A stretch of DNA of 58,281 nt, filler included, from Sphacelaria rigidula (GCA_964200075.2; 10 parts of 10 records of this genome joined end to end with filler, not necessarily neighbours in it), one strand, 5' to 3'; shown: positions 1-12,670, counted from the first letter of the whole stretch. The notes: generated from the letters alone by a model not told the origin. Numbers and translations: made by a program.

Positions 1-18
1 AATCTTGGCAGGATGAAA

Positions 19-200
19 CTCACCCTTCATGCGACTCGCCGAACACACCACGGCGCTTCGCGCTTGGTGATTCGAGTGCAAGCCTGGTCCGGCGAAACCC
101 GGCGTACTCCGTCCCGGCTTTGTACTATAGGGATGCGAGATCAATGGTCTTATGACTATGGCATGCATGATCATGAGTACGCCCCCCGGGGGGGGGGGGC
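19..200 (-). repeat. Dispersed poly-G-GTACTCAT repeat, subfamily A; other copies ~15738-15830, 29194-29270, 38868-38914, 38975-39003, 40580-40760, 55813-55875
   Basis: 19-180 is near-identical to 40580-40740 (ctcacccttcatgcgactcgcc...atgatcatgagtac). The other sites carry reverse-complement or partial copies. Copies that retain the GTACTCAT end abut a G/C run. Confidence 0.85.
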
Positions 201-279
201 TATCGCGGCATCACTCTTCCAGGAAACCCTTTCCCCACAATATCATGAAAATGTTTCTCCTCTCTAGTGTGATGAACAA

Positions 280-3200
280 TCATCCTTCCTCTACGTCACA
301 CGGAACATCAGCTGCAATTTCACGGAGACCTGCCTGTTGTCTTCTGTCCGAAATAGGTTCCCGATTCGATGACATGCCCAACTTGAAGGGAGAGGATGAA
401 GTCGCATAGTCGTCGGGAGTGAGCGGAACGGACTTGTTGTCTGCAACGCTGCTATACTGGTGTCGCGTACGAGCCACTTGCTTGAAGTATTCGTACATGT
501 GACATCGTGCCTGAGTGGTCGCGAGGGGTAGGTAGGTGATTAACACTGTTAGCCCAGTAGTGTGGTGGCGAGCGAGCAGACACAAATAGGAGCTGGTTCA
601 ATGTTCGTCGTAACACTCATTAGACTCTTCAAGGCTTGAAGTCCAAGGTCGGAGAGTGGTCCTTACCCGCGCTGCGATCAAGTGTGTCAAAACTACAGGA
701 GGGGCGTTTCAGCGCACACTAAAGTACAAAAATCCCGATGGATGTTATGGTCGCGCGGTCTCTGTGGATCAACGAAAGAGAAGGAACTGATTCTGGTCGA
801 ACACTCTTAAGCCTTACGCTAGGTTGGTAAACGGAATTCAATTCCCACAAGAATCATGAGCCAGGTCACACGCCAGTGTTCCGCAACCGGTAACCGCATT
901 GTGCTAAAGCAGTCTACTGTACGGCATCCCTGCGAGGAGAGTTACTCCTACGCTACCGTTACCTTTGCTCCGAAGTAATTAGGATGGTTGAGTTCCAGAG
1001 CAGGCACCGATCTGCTCGTTGATTCCTTTTCTGAACGCCCGGGGCCAGGGATTTCCTTTTTCTCCCCTCTACTAGCGGTGTTGTCCACGTTTCCATGACC
1101 GGTAGATGTAAGTTCTGCTTCCTGTTTGACCGCCTGTGCCCATGACGGGCGTAACTCACTTTCTGCATGGCCTGATCTGCCTCCGTTTCGCATTGCAGGT
1201 GACGTTCGGGAAAAGAGACTAGGCAGGGTGAGCTGCGATGAAACGCTTTCATGTATTGCTCACCATACTGGTGGTGTTGACTGAAAAATGTCACAGCACA
1301 TTTTCCCGGTTGTCACTGAGCGTCGCATAGCGTATGGCGGAGGAAGTGCGTCACTTTTTGTGACGCGCAAAGCAATCCTCCAGTACACCGAACATTGCTA
1401 GCGCATTATGGAAGGGAAGGCTGAAATTCCCGTGCTGCTATGCTCCTTCGCAGTCCTGTCCGTTATTCTGTTTCAAAAGCTCGGGGCAAGAGAGGCATTC
1501 ACATGTGGTTGGATGTATCGAGAACTTACCGTGTTTGTGCCGAATCGATCGGTGTAGCAGTGGCGTCATCTTGCGGTGACACAACGTCCTGCCCTCCTGT
1601 GTCCGTTTCCATCGCTGGATTAGAGTTCTCCATCGTGGATTTCGCCATCACGCCGCCGCCCGCAGTTCCAGTTGGGGTAGCCACATCTACCGCGGTCGCG
1701 GCTTCTAGAACGGTATTATTCACCCACGCTCTCGTTCTCGGGGTTACGGGTTCCTGAAACGAGCCAACAGGCGTGTGTTCCAAGAGGTGCGAACATTGGG
1801 GCCACGGTGTGTCCGTACCGTGCAAGCGATTGGAGGTATCCCACTTCGAGCACAACACAAAAACCGTCTGGAGGATTGCACGCGCGACTGCACCTCTCGC
1901 CGGAAGGTCATACCCCATGGACATAAGTGCAATGGCCCTGCCGCGTGTGCACGAACGACCGCAAAGTACTCGAGAGGCTTGAACCACCTTTGAAAGATCA
2001 GCCTGCGGTGCGTACGCGTGCCAAAACTGTCCCTACAACGGATACGATGTGGCGATACTCTTTTTGGTCGCCCCCAGGTCTTGAATGGGCGTACAGGCGC
2101 GATTTGATTCGCCATGTTATATGCAACCTTCACATTTTATTTGATATCTACGGAGTTATTCGAAGGCGACAGTTGAAGGTCATGGACGAGCCGTGCGCAT
2201 TTCGTGTGGGTGTCGGGTCTGAACGAGCCCGTGGTCATCGCTCCAGACGTGACTATGTAACACATACAGCACATACGGTACATACTCTCGAGCGGTATGA
2301 TAATATATTCCCCTCAATGGGGTTATACTTCAATACATTTGGAATAGTCTGAATACATCGCTAAGTCGATCAGCCCGTGTTTACCTCGGAGTTGGCGCCA
2401 TAAAGCCGTTCTCTCGCCTCGGATGAACCCTTGGCGTCGCCCCTCTCGCGTCTTGCAGCGTATGTCAATACTCGAGGATCTGGGTTCTTCCGATAGGCGA
2501 GCTTGTCTAGCTGGTATCGCTTGAACCCGCTATGTGGAGGCACCTGATCCCAACCACGGAATCGCGAAAGGGACAACCTCGACGCTTTTGCCCTCGCAAT
2601 ATCTTGCAACAGAAAGTGCAACCCGTGTGTGAAGGTGATGTTCCATTGTCGTAAATTGACTGTCGCTCACTCGCGTCACCTTTTGCAGCGCACGCAGCTG
2701 GCTATATTGAATGTTCGAACCGTCAGCCATGCGCTTGTATCTCGATCGGCCCCAGTTATTTGAAAAGGTCATACGGCAAACCAAGAGTTCAGACCGTTGA
2801 CACGGAAGGCACTCAAGCAGTTTCGAAATACGTCAAGTCTCTCGTACGCGTAGCAGGCGCATTACCACGCACGGGCGCCGTAGAAGCAGTGTGCCAGCTA
2901 ATCGTGACCATGGAGTGAATATGTGCTCAACAGTATGGAGCAGGAAAACTGAACATGAGCTGTCTTAACCCAGGGTCTTGACGTATCGCTGCAGGACTAA
3001 ACTCCGCAATGTGAAGGGGAGACACATAACATCTGCAGTACAATTCCCGGAAACTCGTAACGATCGCGGTCATGTTCTACAAAGAGGCAGGGTCCGTCGG
3101 CAATAGGTAACGGTTTCATAAGCAGCAACTTAGCTCTTCAGCACATGCTTGAAGCTCATCGAGGACGTGGAGGATAAGAGGCATATCACCGGAAACGGCC

Positions 3201-4430
3201 AAGCTAGAAGCCTGAGGGGCCATCCTGTTCTCACTAGTATATTCGGTGTGTGATGCAGCGGGTACTCACCGTCCCGCGAGAATACATACTGCGACCGGGC
3301 ATAACCGCTGCAGTATACTTGCCACTTGGTGTGAAGTATCCCGTCGTCGTAAGCCAACGATCCCAAAATGACCCATCTCCGTCACCAAAGCGCGAGGTAG
3401 GACCCAGATACTTGTTCATCTCGGGCACTTCCTATGATATGATTATAGTGATGTGAGGAACAGCGTGTGAATGCGTCAGCTGGTGGAGGAAGACAATCGG
3501 GACCTTCTGATTGAGTCCGGTGTGCGGGCGGTCCGCGAAAGATCTTGAACGCTCCCCAATCAACATTTTTGACGTTTCACCTTGTGGCAACATTGAGCAC
3601 TCTACAAGCTGACCCACAACGGTCGTCTGGACAACTACGGCATAGGTCAGCCGATACTGGGCTCGACATGGAACTCGTCTGTATTCAACAGCATCATGGG
3701 ATGCGAGAGATGTTACAGGGGTACTCAACAGGCCAATGCAGGCTGTCCCCACTTATCGTCGGCACGGGAAAAAGTGCAGTGAATCTCGGTCCGATCAAGC
3801 AGTTCGCAATAAAGGCGATGTAGGGATCACGACTTTCAGCAAGATTAGGATGGGGCTTGAAAGCTCTTGCAGTGTTCTCGTCGACGACCGAATATTACAC
3901 TACCTCGTTGCTGGTGTCAAGAAAGGGATGATAGAATGATTTCAATTGCTCCAAGATATCTGACTTGTACTTTCAAACGTAGGACCATAAGGCAACAGAG
4001 GGAATACATTTGTGTCGGAGGGTTCTTCATGAAAACTTCAATTCGATGTTTTTGACTCTAGGGTCATGACACACCGACAATGAATTAATATATGGCCTCG
4101 AAAGTTGTCAATTTTCCTTCAGATTTTAGCGATAAGAAGCATGACTGATGAGGGGAGACCCGACAATTTGGTGAGCAAACCGTCACCTGCGACCATCTGA
4201 CAGTACGTTTGCTCAGCGCTACCCTTATGTCATGTATCCACATATGGCAGCACGAACTACGTTGACCTCAAGGCAGATTCGTCTCCCCTCCTTGACCAAG
4301 GGTTTCGCTTGAGCATTCCGCTGCGTCTGCTCCACTTCCGCAGCCCTATCAGCATTCTTTTTAGGAGATACTTCGTTGTACAAGCTCCCCGCCTCTTTCT
4401 CGATATCGGCCAAAACCTGTCTTGACACGG
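280..4430 (-). mobile_element. Highly degenerate Ty3/Gypsy-like LTR retrotransposon pol remnant (RT and integrase fragments)
   Basis: Minus-strand fragments in Gypsy order. PCRAQYRLTY...GQLVECSML (~3590-3680) resembles the RT start. PEMNKYLGPTSRFGDGDGSFWD...YFTPSGKYTAAVMPG (3234-3428) resembles the RT D..GFWQ...F.TP.G.Y...MP.G block. SVPSLSLIHRDRATITSIGIF (~730-790) and TSSSPFKLGMSSNREP (~355-405) resemble the integrase core and C-terminus. Many stops and frameshifts; no LTRs seen. Confidence 0.5.
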
Positions 4431-5739
4431 ATCAACGGGAGTACATCAGGCGTCTTCGGGGGCAGAGCCGTTGAGAACACGCAGACAACGGCAGTGTGGG
4501 ATCAAACCGCAGCTAAGCATTGCAGAAGCAAAGATGGCACTCAAGCCACCCTGGGGCATATCTACAGCCGTGTGAGCCAATTTCCCCTTTTTGGGGGTTC
4601 AACACATCCCTATCATTTTCAAGAATCGGGAATACACGACGCGATGTTTCACTGGAATACAACGTATTGGTGGAGTAGGCGTTGGGTGCGAGGTGCATGG
4701 GTTGGTACGGAGGGTGAAGGAAGTACTTGAATAGGTACAGTACCTGATCCTACAAAAAATATAGCTCAATAACGTGTGTTTCCATCCGATACGTCACAAG
4801 TTCCGGCACAAAAGCATACTTCATACAGTACAAAGCCATAGCCTATAGAGTACTTTGGAACCGAAAAGGTCCTACATAAGGCCCTCCGGAAGACAAGGGT
4901 ATCTGCTACAACGGTACTGCAAGCCCCGTAACACCTACCGTGCACATGAATAGATCTATACTCGCATCGTGCGTTAGAAAGGCAAAAGTGATTCAAGATA
5001 TTTTCACCGAAACGATAACAAGCACAAAAGCATGCGTAGTACAGAATAGTTCGGCACATGGGACATGTATGCCGTGAGGTTTTCATCAAAGCAACCGTCA
5101 CCCGGGCACACAGATCAGACCGACGCGACGCCACTTTTCGACCCTTCTAAGTGACAGAATCAGACACATTTAATAGTAAGGATGCGTTGTTTTCGATTGT
5201 ACGGTTGAAGAGTAAAGGTTCTGTATCGTCGCAGTTCAATTTCTCGTCGACACCATCGTAGTAGCTGCCGTGCGTGATATTTGTTACTACTGTGATATTG
5301 TGTCCGCGGGCATCGGTACGATTAAACTTGTTGTAGTCTCTCAGTACATGGGTGTCATGGTTGTTCTTCTGTTTGGCGACACAGTGGAAGCACACAAAAA
5401 TACAGTGATACGTCGAGGAGTATCAACGTATCACCTACAGGACTTCCTGCACAGCTCTGGTACTGATTGGCCGGAGATGAAGATACTGTGTCGTCGAGGG
5501 GGTGGTGTCTGCCGTGTAGGACTATGACAGAGTAAAGACGATGCCTCTGATTATAATCGTCATTGGAATTGAACAATTGAACTGTGAATCAGCAAATGAA
5601 ATGAAAAATGATCCTTCCATACAATGGATAAGCTTGCACTCCCCCCCCTTAAACAAACAGAGACATGAGGAAATTGCGATGGCGAAATAGCGTCAAGAAC
5701 ATGCAAAGAAAGAGGTTGCCAGCTATAATTGATAGGGCT

Positions 5740-5839
5740 NNNNNNNNNNNNNNNNNNNNNNNNNNNNNNNNNNNNNNNNNNNNTTAATTAATTAANNNNN
5801 NNNNNNNNNNNNNNNNNNNNNNNNNNNNNNNNNNNNNNN
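5740..5839. other. Artificial contig-joining linker (N44-TTAATTAATTAA-N44); identical linkers at 11579-11678, 17418-17517, 23256-23355, 29094-29193, 34932-35031, 40770-40869, 46608-46707, 52445-52544
   Basis: Nine identical 100-nt spacers whose core has stops in all six frames. The segments between them are 5739, 5739, 5739, 5738 (x5), 5737 and 5737 bp, as expected for size-sorted concatenated contigs. Confidence 0.98.
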
Positions 5840-5920
5840 GGTGCTCCGGTTCCAAAGGGAGGCGTGGTCAATGGTCAAATGACCAAGGCAAGAAACAAAT
5901 GAGGTCGCCCCCCCCCCCCC
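5840..5920 (-). repeat. Poly-G-GTACTCAT repeat, subfamily B; copies at 52545-52800 (tandem) and 54000-54065
   Basis: Reverse complement matches ggg..ctcatttgttgcttgccttggtcatttgaccattgaccacgcatccctttcgagacggagcacc at 52624-52697, 52702-52785 and 54002-54063. Confidence 0.8.
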
Positions 5921-5979
5921 CGGCTTGACAATGTTTTTTTGCCAAGCTTTGGCACCATGTTGACGCAGTTGGAGTACAG

Positions 5980-6332
5980 TTGGGGTCCCACGACAGTACT
6001 GTCCTCTACAGTACGAGGTCCCGCCATAGCGCGGTCCTCTACAGTGCTGGGTCCCACCATAGTATGATCCTCTACAGTGCTGGGCCCCACCGTAGTATGA
6101 TCCTCTACACAACGGGGCCCCATCACGGTGTGGTCCTCCACGGTACGGGGTCCCACTAGAGTACGGTCCTAGACAGTACGGGATCCAACCATAGTGCGGT
6201 CCTCTACAGTACACGGGGTCCCATCGCAGTGCGGCCCTCTACAGTACGGGGTCCCACCATAGTGCGGTGCTCTACAGTACGGGGTCCCACCACAGTGCGG
6301 TCCTCGACAGTGAGGGGTCACACCACGGCAGT
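5980..6332. repeat. Minisatellite, ~30-bp unit (ggggtcccaccatagtgcggtcctctacagtac-like), about 11 copies
   Basis: Visible periodic units. They produce the repetitive ORFs 5792-6214 and 5875-6156. Confidence 0.92.
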
Positions 6333-6802
6333 ATCATTTACCCCAGTTCGGCTATAAACTACCCATGGTTGACATTACATGATATGAGCGTGGACACTGA
6401 TATCCGGATCTTTAGTGGGGCGGATAGTCCTGAGTGCACCTGGCGTGCGCAGAACGCGTTTTTGTCTAGGCGCCGATATGAGGTCTGTAAACGCGCACTT
6501 TGCCTGGGAAACCCTCTGCACCACCCTTACCCAGTGCCTTAGGTTGGGATTAGAAGCCTAGGATGTGTCAGCCATAGACAGATTGTAGCCGACTTGGGGT
6601 AAACCCGCCTCTACTATACAAGCTGGGCCGGCCTCAAAACTGAATTCCTTCCAATAAACATATCTTTGAGAACAGTGATGTTAACATATCCTTGTGATCG
6701 GGAGATCATCACGTATGGAGCTCCGACAGCTCTTAGTGTCCTTAATGGTGTTCATACGAAGGAAAAGATCGTGTGCGGAAAATATACTAGGTCAAGTACG
6801 AG

Positions 6803-6890
6803 GCGAAACCGCGGTCTAATGGTCAGGCTGTCACCATCAGGGTGCAGAGAACGCAGGTTCAATTCTCGCCACATGCACTTTTTTTTTTCC
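6803..6890 (+). mobile_element. tRNA-derived SINE head (Pol III A/B boxes); related copies at 17635-17705 (-) and ~8390-8430 (-)
   Basis: A-box-like ggtctaatgg, B-box-like ggttcaattctcg, then a T-run. The minus-strand copy at 17635-17705 reads ggtgtaatggtccgactgtcgccattagggtggagagaatgcgggttcgagtcccg. Confidence 0.6.
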
Positions 6891-7159
6891 CTCTCTTCGA
6901 AATATATGATTTCCACCTTGGAAACATGACAGCGTGAGGGAAGATGGGTTGATCCCTTGAGACCACGACTCGTCCCGAGGAGGGGAGGAGTTTAGGGTAT
7001 GAACAAAAAAAAAACAGTCGTGTGTCGACAGAGTGTGACAGAGAAAAAAGTTCGTGTGCCGACAAATGTACTATGTGAAGTACAGCACGTGCCCAGATAC
7101 TCACCAAGAGGAATGTGCCGGCGAGTCTGCGATGTATGTTAGCTTTCATGGGACGATCA

Positions 7160-7608
7160 AATATCTTGACGTCTACGCAGAGTGAGATTACTCACTGGGT
7201 CGGCGGTGTCCGCATGCACGAGTCCCACACTCCCACCAGGTGCGTTGTACTTTCTGTACTGCACGTAGCCACTCCCTTTGCTGCCACGCCTCCTTTCGGA
7301 ATAATATTATCGTGGGAACCCTCATCGTCTTCTCAAAGCTGTCGTAGTGCGTGGAACAATCATCCGCACTATCCTCTGCAGTCTACCATCCCCCTTTGCA
7401 TCTCACGTGAGTATGTTGCGCCGGGTTTGGCACCAGAAAGGTCCCGTAATAATATTGTTCCGAAAGCAAGCGTGGCAACCAAGGGAGTGAGTGCTGCTGT
7501 ACGTGTAGTACAGGTCGTACAATGCACCTGGTGGGAGTGTTGGACTCGTGCATGTGGACACCACCGGCCGAGTGGGGCAACCTCATGCTGTGCTAACGTG
7601 AAGATATT
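7160..7608. mobile_element. Fold-back/MITE-like element with ~160-bp imperfect inverted arms
   Basis: 7160-7320 (aatatctt...ggtgtccgcatgcacgagtcccacactcccaccaggtg...ttcggaataatattat) is the diverged reverse complement of 7440-7608. Confidence 0.75.
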
Positions 7609-7689
7609 ATCAGGACACTCAACGATACACGTTACAAAGTTCGTTACACGTAACAACTTAACGTTACACGTCACAAAATTCGTTACACG

Positions 7690-8202
7690 CGGAGCCTTGT
7701 TTTGCTTAGGATCTTTCGCTTGCCACCGCTCATCACGTTGGGGATCTGAAGAAATTAGAACCTGCTCCACATTCCAAGAAGAAAAAAAAGACTCTGTACT
7801 CAATATTGAGTGACTTAGGGGCTGACCGGTCATGGGGGGTACTGCCACGTTTCAGCCCAGATTCGGACTCTTCGGTGTTTTCGGTCGATTGAGCCTGTCC
7901 CGACCGTATTTTTGTAGAAATGTGTAGGTTTTGTTTCTTTGAAATTCTGCGTAATCATCGCACTAGAGACGAAAAACTGTGTGTTCACGGTCGAAAACAC
8001 CGTCCTCATAAAGGGGGTATCTACTCGTATCGCCCTAAAACACCAACGAACACTAGGTTGGGCTCTGTGCTTTGCGGACGATCTGTGTATTTTACCAAAT
8101 CTACCGACGTCAGCACTTTCGAGTTCTATCGAAGAGTACTGTAAGTAGTACGCGAGGAGAACCTCGAAACAACCGTGAACAGTTCAGGCGCCCTCTACTG
8201 TA
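7690..8202 (+). mobile_element. Partial copy of the Tc1/mariner-like MITE at 48824-49329
   Basis: Colinear similarity (cttagg.tctttcgcttg.caccgctc...atattgagtgactta.gggctgaccggtcat...aatctaccgacg) and right TIR agttcaggcgccctctactg followed by TA. Confidence 0.75.
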
Positions 8203-9905
8203 CATCCTCGGCACTCGGCCTTCGTTTGTTCGCCACACTCTATCTATCGGCACACGGCCTTTTTTCGTTTTGTCATACTCTACACCTCTCTCCTCCCTCG
8301 GGATGGGTCCATGATCTCTGGTCTCTAGCGACCAATCCATCTCTCCTGACATGCTGACACTTCCGACGGTGAGAATCATATATACCAAGCAAACAAAAAA
8401 GTGCATCTGGCGGGAATTAAACCCACGTTGTTTCCAGAGCATGTCGATCGTGCGATGAGACGGGCTGAAAAATGAAAGCCGGATGATGGTAACCTGGATC
8501 TTGAAATTGGCAGTGTGTCGGTGATGTGTGTTGAAGGTGGAGCATGTCGGCAATGCGATGAGACGGACTGGAAATTGACAGCCGGACGAGAGGGACTTCG
8601 GCCTCGAAATCGGTAGTGTGTGTCGGTGTTCTGTGTTTGAGACAGAGCATGTCGATCGGGGGTGTTACACTTGTGTTGAAGAGAGCAGGTGAGACGTTCG
8701 TCTCTGGACATCAGGATCATGCCTTGAAATCCTTGGTCATTGTGTCGGCGATGCATTGTACTGACGACGTGTGCTGTTCTTACGCCCGCCTCGGGACAAC
8801 GAGATTTGTCGTGACCACCCTGACGGTGACAGCCTGATCATCAGACCACTGGGGCACTTTTCCTACGCGGAAACACCAAAACTTCCATGATGCGCAACTT
8901 GGTTTCTCGAGTCTCGGAGTGCAAACTCTGGCACCAGATAAACCGCACTCAGACCTACTCTGTCGCCTCTGTCTATATAGATAAATAGATAGATAGATAA
9001 ATACTTCTCGCTCACTGTAAGGGATTTGAAAATTAGGCGATGACAACAAACTGTCAGGCATGTACTTGTATCATAAAGGGGAGAGAGACAGATGGATGAG
9101 TTAATCCCTTGAGACCACAAAGTGTTCTCCCCGACAAAGGGGAAGGATGGAGGGGAGGGGAGGGGATTGACAGTAGGACGGAAAAAAAGAAAGTAAGGAG
9201 GGGAGGAAGGGGAGGGGGGGTGGGGGGGGGGGGGGGGGGCCACATAAAAAAAGAAAAAAAAAAAAAAAAAACAAATCTTTCANNNNNNNNNNGTTTGCCG
9301 TTGGCGGGTCCGGTCCGCCTTCTTCCACGATATAAATGCGGACAAAAACATGAATCTCTTCATTGGCGGACCATATGTGCGATCGATCAAGCCTTGAGTG
9401 GACGATTGCAATGAAGCTTTTTGACCAAAAAAAACACTTCAGAAATACATGGCAAAAAAAATGAAGATATAAAAAAACACACACACACACACAACGAGAA
9501 AAGTATATACATGATAATAAAAATATATATTCTGGAGTAATAAAAATCGCGTCGCGGAACTGTACGATTTTCTCCTTTCCAGTCTGTCTTTTTGCGCTAC
9601 GGCTTTTGCGACCACAGGCGCTAGATTTCAGGAAAAGGGCTGACTAATGCCGAGATAGCCCCCTCCACAAAAAGTGCGCCGGATACCGCCCGACAAACCG
9701 GCTGCGATCCCACTATTGGGCTCGGTTGCAGCGATTTCGCCCATATGAGAGGCCTGTAGCAGTCCGGAATCAGCTATAACGCCCAATTAAGTCCCGTCGT
9801 GCAGCACGAAACCAGCTCTAACGGCATTTATGATCATCTCCTCCGTGCACTTTTTTGGCCGATACGGGGGGGGAGGCTATCTCGGCAGCAGTCGACTAAT
9901 GTGAG

Positions 9906-9907
<2 letters not shown>

Positions 9908-9973
<66 letters not shown>

Positions 9974-9993
9974 GTAACAACAACAACAACAAC
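9908..9993. repeat. (AAC)n microsatellite
   Basis: About 28 AAC units with one AGT interruption. Confidence 0.97.
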
Positions 9994-10211
9994 AGTAGCG
10001 TGTACCTCGAGTCCCAGTAGCGCAGCCAATCGGTCGGCGAGGATGAGAACCTGGGGCGTTCCTGGAACCTCTCTCGGAAGGAAGAACGGTCGAGCGTAGC
10101 CGAGGCTGGCTCGGATGTCCGCCGGCAAGTGCTGTGAGGGGCGGGCACGTTGGGGTGTGGCAGCGGCAGATATTGGTTTTAAATCATTCGCAGCACGAGT
10201 TCGACAAAATG

Positions 10212-10773
10212 CACACCCTGGGCAATAACAAAACAATATGTGGTAAATGGTTGCAACAGACAAAAAAAAATGTACTGCGTCAAGTACAGACCTATTTGCC
10301 ACTATTGTCGGCTGGACAACAGTATGCTGTATATGTGGTCAGTAGTTGCAGTAGTAGACCAATGCTACGGTAGGACTGCACAAATATTTCCTGAGGTTAG
10401 AATTGGTAGGAGCCCTTCATCTCATCTAAACCACGACTTATGAAATTTGTGAGAATACGCCAGGATTACTATTCCAATGTGCTACGTGAGGATATCCCAA
10501 ATGAATTGACAAACGGGGATGCCCTGATTACCCCTATTCTTGTGCATCTAGAATCGTTAGGAGCCCCTGAACCAGACAAGATTCTGCGCAAAACGTGCAC
10601 CCCTACCGTAGCATTGCTCAGTAGACCAAAAAATGTACCGCGTAAAGTATAGTCCTATTGCAAACTATTGTCGGCCGACAAAAGTTGCAGTAGACCTATA
10701 CTCTACGCAGTACAATTTTGGGTCTATTGCAGCTATTCATCATATATACTCGTACCGTATATTGTCCAGGGTG
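10212..10773. mobile_element. Palindromic CACCCTGGACAA-TIR MITE family copy carrying a nested insertion
   Basis: Ends caccctgggcaata and tattgtccagggtg. Internal tattgtcggccgacaa motifs match the intact copy at 13315-13484. Confidence 0.7.
10357..10619. mobile_element. MITE with (G)AG...CTC termini and 4-bp TSD (AGTA), Sola2-like; nested in the previous element
   Basis: TIRs gaccaatgctacggtagg / cccctaccgtagcattgctc, with AGTA at 10353-10356 and 10620-10623. Homologous to 16992-17246. Confidence 0.8.
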
Positions 10774-10798
10774 AGAAAATGCTGTCATTTATCATTAA

Positions 10799-11009
10799 TA
10801 GAGAGTTTCGAAAAACGCTTTGTTGTCATTTCAGAGTTCAAAATATCTCAGGATCAGAGGGAAACGGAAACGGAAACTAATTTCTCCCCTCCGTCAAAAC
10901 GTGGTATCCCCTTGACTTTTTTTCGGTGACGTTTTTTTTTTATTGTGCACTCTGATCTTTAAATATTTGCACTCGGAAATGACAAAAAAGCGTTTTCCGA
11001 AACTCTCTA
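10799..11009. mobile_element. MITE with TAG...CTA termini (Academ-like ends) and ~50-bp TIRs
   Basis: tagagagtttcgaaaaacgctttgttgtcatttc is the inverted match of gaaatgacaaaaaagcgttttccgaaactctcta. Superfamily inferred from the terminal trinucleotide only. Confidence 0.65.
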
Positions 11010-11071
11010 TTTATTCGTTTGTTTTTTGTCCGGAGATACTGTGTGAACAGCGAGGGTACGCGCGCGCGCGC

Positions 11072-11110
<39 letters not shown>

Positions 11111-12409
11111 GGGGTGTAGGCCGTGACGTACGGGGTGGGCTACAATACTTGCACACGTCGGGTAGATTCATGATCCGTCTCAAAATTACTTATTCTCAGT
11201 ATACTTAGATCCGGACCATGATTAGGATCATTTCACATCCTGGACAACAGATTATGGTGTAAAAAAATGTACTGCGGACCGGATGGAATGAATCTATTGT
11301 CTGTTGCAATGGACGCAATAGTCGATACTGTACGCAGTACATTTCTTGACAGTGTATTCTGTTGTCCAGGGTATGGATCATCTGACCCCCCTTTTCCATG
11401 TTTGCTCCTTACAGTGCCGAACGCCGAGCACACCGAGTAGCGTAAAAAGTTGCGCTTTGGCTTTTCTGACCCCGCGGTCATATATCTTGCAAGGGTCGGA
11501 CAATTAATGATTCGTCTAGAAATTACTTGGTTTTAGTTTAATGATTCGACTCGCGACGAATCAATCCCTAGGCTTTATNNNNNNNNNNNNNNNNNNNNNN
11601 NNNNNNNNNNNNNNNNNNNNNNTTAATTAATTAANNNNNNNNNNNNNNNNNNNNNNNNNNNNNNNNNNNNNNNNNNNNCCCCCCTCCCCCCTCAGATGTT
11701 CATCGTGTGGACGTGAGTGCCCCGGCTTGTCCAGATATGTACTCACTCGCGAGCAGCTTAGTACTCCGTCACCTGTACCGTCCGTGCTGCACGGGTATAT
11801 CATGTATGACGTATGTACAACACTGCACTTTACCGTACGGTACTTTGCCGAATGGAGCACGGTCTATGACATGCTGCCCTGTACTGTTCTGTGCCCTATA
11901 CCCTGCCGCACAGTAGCGTGCTGCACGTATGGTGCCGTACCGTACGGTACCGTATGCATGATGCCGTACTAACTGCGCTGTACCGTTCTCTGCGGTCAAC
12001 ATTTTCCCTCATGTTACTGTCCTATGCTGCACATGTCATGCTGCACGGTACTATACCGGACGGTGCAACAGCGCACGGTACAGCAGTTCACGGCAAAGCA
12101 GTGTGCGGTACTGCAGTGGCTACACACTGTACCGTCTGTAGGACACGGGACCTGTACTCTGCCACTTTGTCCCACCGCACTGTAGATGTGTGTACTTTAT
12201 TGTAGTGAGCTGAACTCTCGAAGTGGTTGTCAGTACTTTGCTGCACTTCAGTACTGCTCTGTACTGCTGCGGCAGGAGCGGCACGACCTGACATGTCGAG
12301 AACGAGGCAAAGTCCATTATTCCTCTCTTTCGTTCTAACCATTATTACACCTGTTCGATAGAAGCACGCACTGTCTAGGTGATGACGTCTCTCAGGTCCC
12401 TCCTCATTT

Positions 12410-12670
12410 CCCTCATGACTCGCATGACTCGCGAGTTGGATTTTCTTGATTTTTCAGGAAAGACTCGCATTGCTCGAGTCAAATTGGTCCTCGTTTTCGA
12501 AAATGACTCGCAAGACTCGCGTCGGACTCGTTCTCAGTTACTCGTCAATGACTCGCATAACTCGCGAATCGGACTCCTCCACTTTTGTTTTCCGAATGAC
12601 TCGGATGACTCGAGTCATAGCTCGTCCTCATTTTCCCGAAGTCGGAGTGACTCGTCGTGTGGGTTGAGTC
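12410..12670. repeat. Array of (AT)GACTCG motifs
   Basis: More than 10 copies of gactcg or cgagtc in 260 bp. May be transposon subterminal repeats. Confidence 0.7.

Noticed and set aside
4766..5395. RING finger gene (LCARV...HTCPMCR) in a frame broken by one stop
   Set aside because: Only the last Cys pair is present; the other zinc ligands and splice support are missing.
5784..5795. Regularly spaced TTAATTAATTAA as a biological periodic motif or array
   Set aside because: Always embedded in N runs of fixed length; it is a six-frame-stop assembly linker.
5980..6332. CRISPR-like array or repeat protein
   Set aside because: Units are contiguous with no unique spacers, there are no cas genes, and the context is eukaryotic. 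It is a minisatellite.
9799..10302. Poly-Asn/Leu/Val proteins (similarly 42892-43970, 45121-45435, 54502-54813)
   Set aside because: The ORFs arise from microsatellites or tandem repeats that lack stops.
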